Virus record (IMG/VR): IMGVR_UViG_3300021338_000004
Location: 1-64,000 of that record
DNA: 64,000 nt
From: a virus
Direction: 5' to 3' (one strand)
The position numbers and the translations under genes are program-made. Positions 62,368-64,000 of the stretch are shown in pieces. Numbering within the stretch: the stretch's first letter is position 1; the number at the start of each line of letters is the position of its first letter. The notes under the pieces are model-generated. The model was given only the letters and a program-made list of their open reading frames with translations, ran no database searches and was not told the DNA's origin.

Positions 62368-62385
62368 AGATAAGGGGCGGATGTA

Positions 62386-62919
62386 TTATTCCGCCCCTTT
62401 TGACCATCCCCGGACTGTTAAAGCCCGTACCAGCAAATCCAACCCGCTACCATCTTTAGCCATCTTGGTATCAAGTCGTATCACCAGCCATCCAAGTATT
62501 GCAGCTTCACCATACTTCTTACAATCTTCACCGAAGCCTGATGGCGTTAGGTGTCGACTTTTCTGCTGGACCTTTTCGCCGCTTTCATTCGTTCGCGTCC
62601 GCCCATGGGTAAAGACCCCTCCTTCAAGTTCCACCGCAACGTTGTAATCAGGCCAGGCAAAGTCAAATCTCCAACGACGTGTTGGGTGAAACCTGAGTTC
62701 GTTATCCCCCCAAAGCGGCTCCGGCAAACCTTCACTTAAACAAAGCAGGTAAAAATCATGCTCCAGACCACTTGAGCGCCCTTTCCCGGGCTTTTTTGAA
62801 TTACTGCCAGTCTTTCCACTGCCAACAGCTTTAGATGCTGTAGCGGCTCTGTAAGCCTTCAGAATCTTTTTGGATCCTGTGGTGTTCAGTCGCTCCAGAT
62901 CGTTAACGGACAGTCTCAC
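62386..62919 (-). CDS. PD-(D/E)XK endonuclease (DUF559/Vsr-like)
   Basis: RFHPTRRWRFDFAWP..AVELEGG..DCKKY..GW. Confidence 0.8.
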   Translation of the reverse strand: MRLSVNDLERLNTTGSKKILKAYRAATASKAVGSGKTGSNSKKPGKGRSSGLEHDFYLLCLSEGLPEPLWGDNELRFHPTRRWRFDFAWPDYNVAVELEGGVFTHGRTRTNESGEKVQQKSRHLTPSGFGEDCKKYGEAAILGWLVIRLDTKMAKDGSGLDLLVRALTVRGWSKGAE

Positions 62920-62920
62920 G

Positions 62921-63427
62921 CTAAAGCTTCAGCGGTTTTACCTCAAACCCTGCCAGCTCCAACCAGGAACGCCATGTCGGGTACGCAATACTCCTGGATT
63001 CGCCTTCAATCGCTATGTAGTAGCGTACCGCCCTTGCTGACATGCCGATTTTGCGTGCGATCGCTTCTCCGCTAGCTCGATCGCCATGGTCATTTTCCAT
63101 CACCTGGCGCAATCCTTTGGCCATGTAGATAGTAGGTGATCGCCAGCGCTTATACTGGAGTTCTTCTGGTAACGCCCAGACCTTATCCCGACGTTCTTCG
63201 ACGCTCTCTCGGTCAACATCCCAGCGTATTGATGACAATGTGCTGAAGCATGCGTTCGGTACGTCCTCCTGCTTTGTTGAGTGAACATACACCCAGCCCT
63301 TTCTAGGCGTACGCATTCGACAGAGCTCAAAGTAATGCGTTTCAGCCTCAACGGGATCATCAGTTTCAAGGCGCTCATGGCGCTCATGGCTATCTTCACC
63401 TTGCCAGTACACACGGTAGGCTTTCAT
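62921..63427 (-). CDS. Protein with a C-terminal KorC-like HTH
   Basis: SGEAIARKIGMSARAVRYY..IAYPTW. Confidence 0.55.
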   Translation of the reverse strand: MKAYRVYWQGEDSHERHERLETDDPVEAETHYFELCRMRTPRKGWVYVHSTKQEDVPNACFSTLSSIRWDVDRESVEERRDKVWALPEELQYKRWRSPTIYMAKGLRQVMENDHGDRASGEAIARKIGMSARAVRYYIAIEGESRSIAYPTWRSWLELAGFEVKPLKL

Positions 63428-63489
63428 ACGTGTCCTCTTCTGTTTACCTGGAACAGTGTTCCAAGAATTTTTATCCAGCCACGGCGGTT

Positions 63490-63785
63490 GTGATTATTAT
63501 TAATACAATGGTTAAAAGGATAGATATAAAAGAGATTATAAGATGGTTAAGAGGAAAAGTCGTATCTCTGTTTTTCGATGAATGTTCCCTAAATATCAGG
63601 CTTTCAAGCCATTGAAATAGGTCTATTTCTGTTTTTATGATAGGTCCACTTCTGTTAATTGGTAGGCCCATTTGCGAAAAGCCATAGGTCTATTTCTGTT
63701 TTTAGATAGGTCCACTTCTGTAACCCAAACCAAAAACAACAGCTTATCCACGTATTAGGCACATGTTGCCCACCAGCTATCCACA
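63490..63785. other. Iteron-type replication origin
   Basis: AT-rich tract, five iterons, DnaA-like boxes at 63744 and 63777. Confidence 0.75.
63618..63721 (+). repeat. Five iterons, consensus TAGGTCYAYTTCTGT, period 22-23 bp
   Basis: Starts at 63618, 63641, 63663 (degenerate), 63685 and 63707. Confidence 0.9.
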
Positions 63786-63796
63786 GGAAACGGGCA

Positions 63797-63820
63797 TAAA
63801 AAAGGCGGTAAATACCGCCT
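63797..63820 (-). terminator. Terminator for minus-strand genes entering from the right
   Basis: AAAAAAGGCGGT-AAAT-ACCGCCT. Confidence 0.6.
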
Positions 63821-64000
63821 CAATTTTATGAATCATCCAACCTACTGATGGCCAGCTATAACTGTATAGCTTCACCCTAAGCAAGCCCGCCTCTGCTCAA
63901 TCAACATCGCCCGTTAATTCAAAGAACTCCTTCAATGTCATTTGATGAAGGGCCGGTATGTTCTGCACACACAACCCCAGCATATCTGCACCTGGATTAG

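Noticed and set aside
62602-62613. Additional parS copy (CCCATGGGTAAA), and TTTCCCATGAAT near 44640
   Set aside because: Too degenerate to distinguish from chance
63618-63721. CRISPR array
   Set aside because: Spacers are only about 7-8 bp and there are no cas genes; the period and DnaA boxes fit iterons
63898-64000. Rep gene for the iteron origin
   Set aside because: Only a C-terminal fragment of about 33 codons is visible and it cannot be assigned

Overview
The window is about 64 kb of a P1-like (Punavirus-type) myophage-plasmid from a gammaproteobacterial host (suggested by the CsrA type; the host itself cannot be named). Family calls come from motifs, recalled homology and synteny; no database search was run. 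The minus strand carries a near-complete P1-like virion set: pacA/pacB, 26-25-7-24-6-5, 23-22-21-pmgG-bplB-pmgC-tub-pmgB-sit-pmgA-bplA, 16, a tail fibre, hdf-darA-ddrA-ddrB-darB, ulx, prt and pro. The maintenance modules are not P1-type: an IncFII-like RepA with a structured antisense-type leader, a second iteron origin at the right end, a KorB/Spo0J-type ParAB with seven dispersed TTTCCCATGGGAAA-type palindromes, and a 204-aa catalytic-only tyrosine recombinase beside a 34-bp loxP-shaped site. Other notable observations: (1) a DarB with about 390 extra N-terminal residues of cargo domains separated by LDSA-type motifs that recur in head proteins; (2) an AcrVA2/FinQ island with an orphan HigA-like regulator between darB and ulx; (3) a non-P1 late-promoter consensus, one copy of which drives an isolated plus-strand transcript of about 175 nt; (4) a probable +1 frameshift in the tail chaperone; (5) GATC-free pac-like repeats; (6) a 17-bp asymmetric operator-like motif; (7) an extended CsrA.
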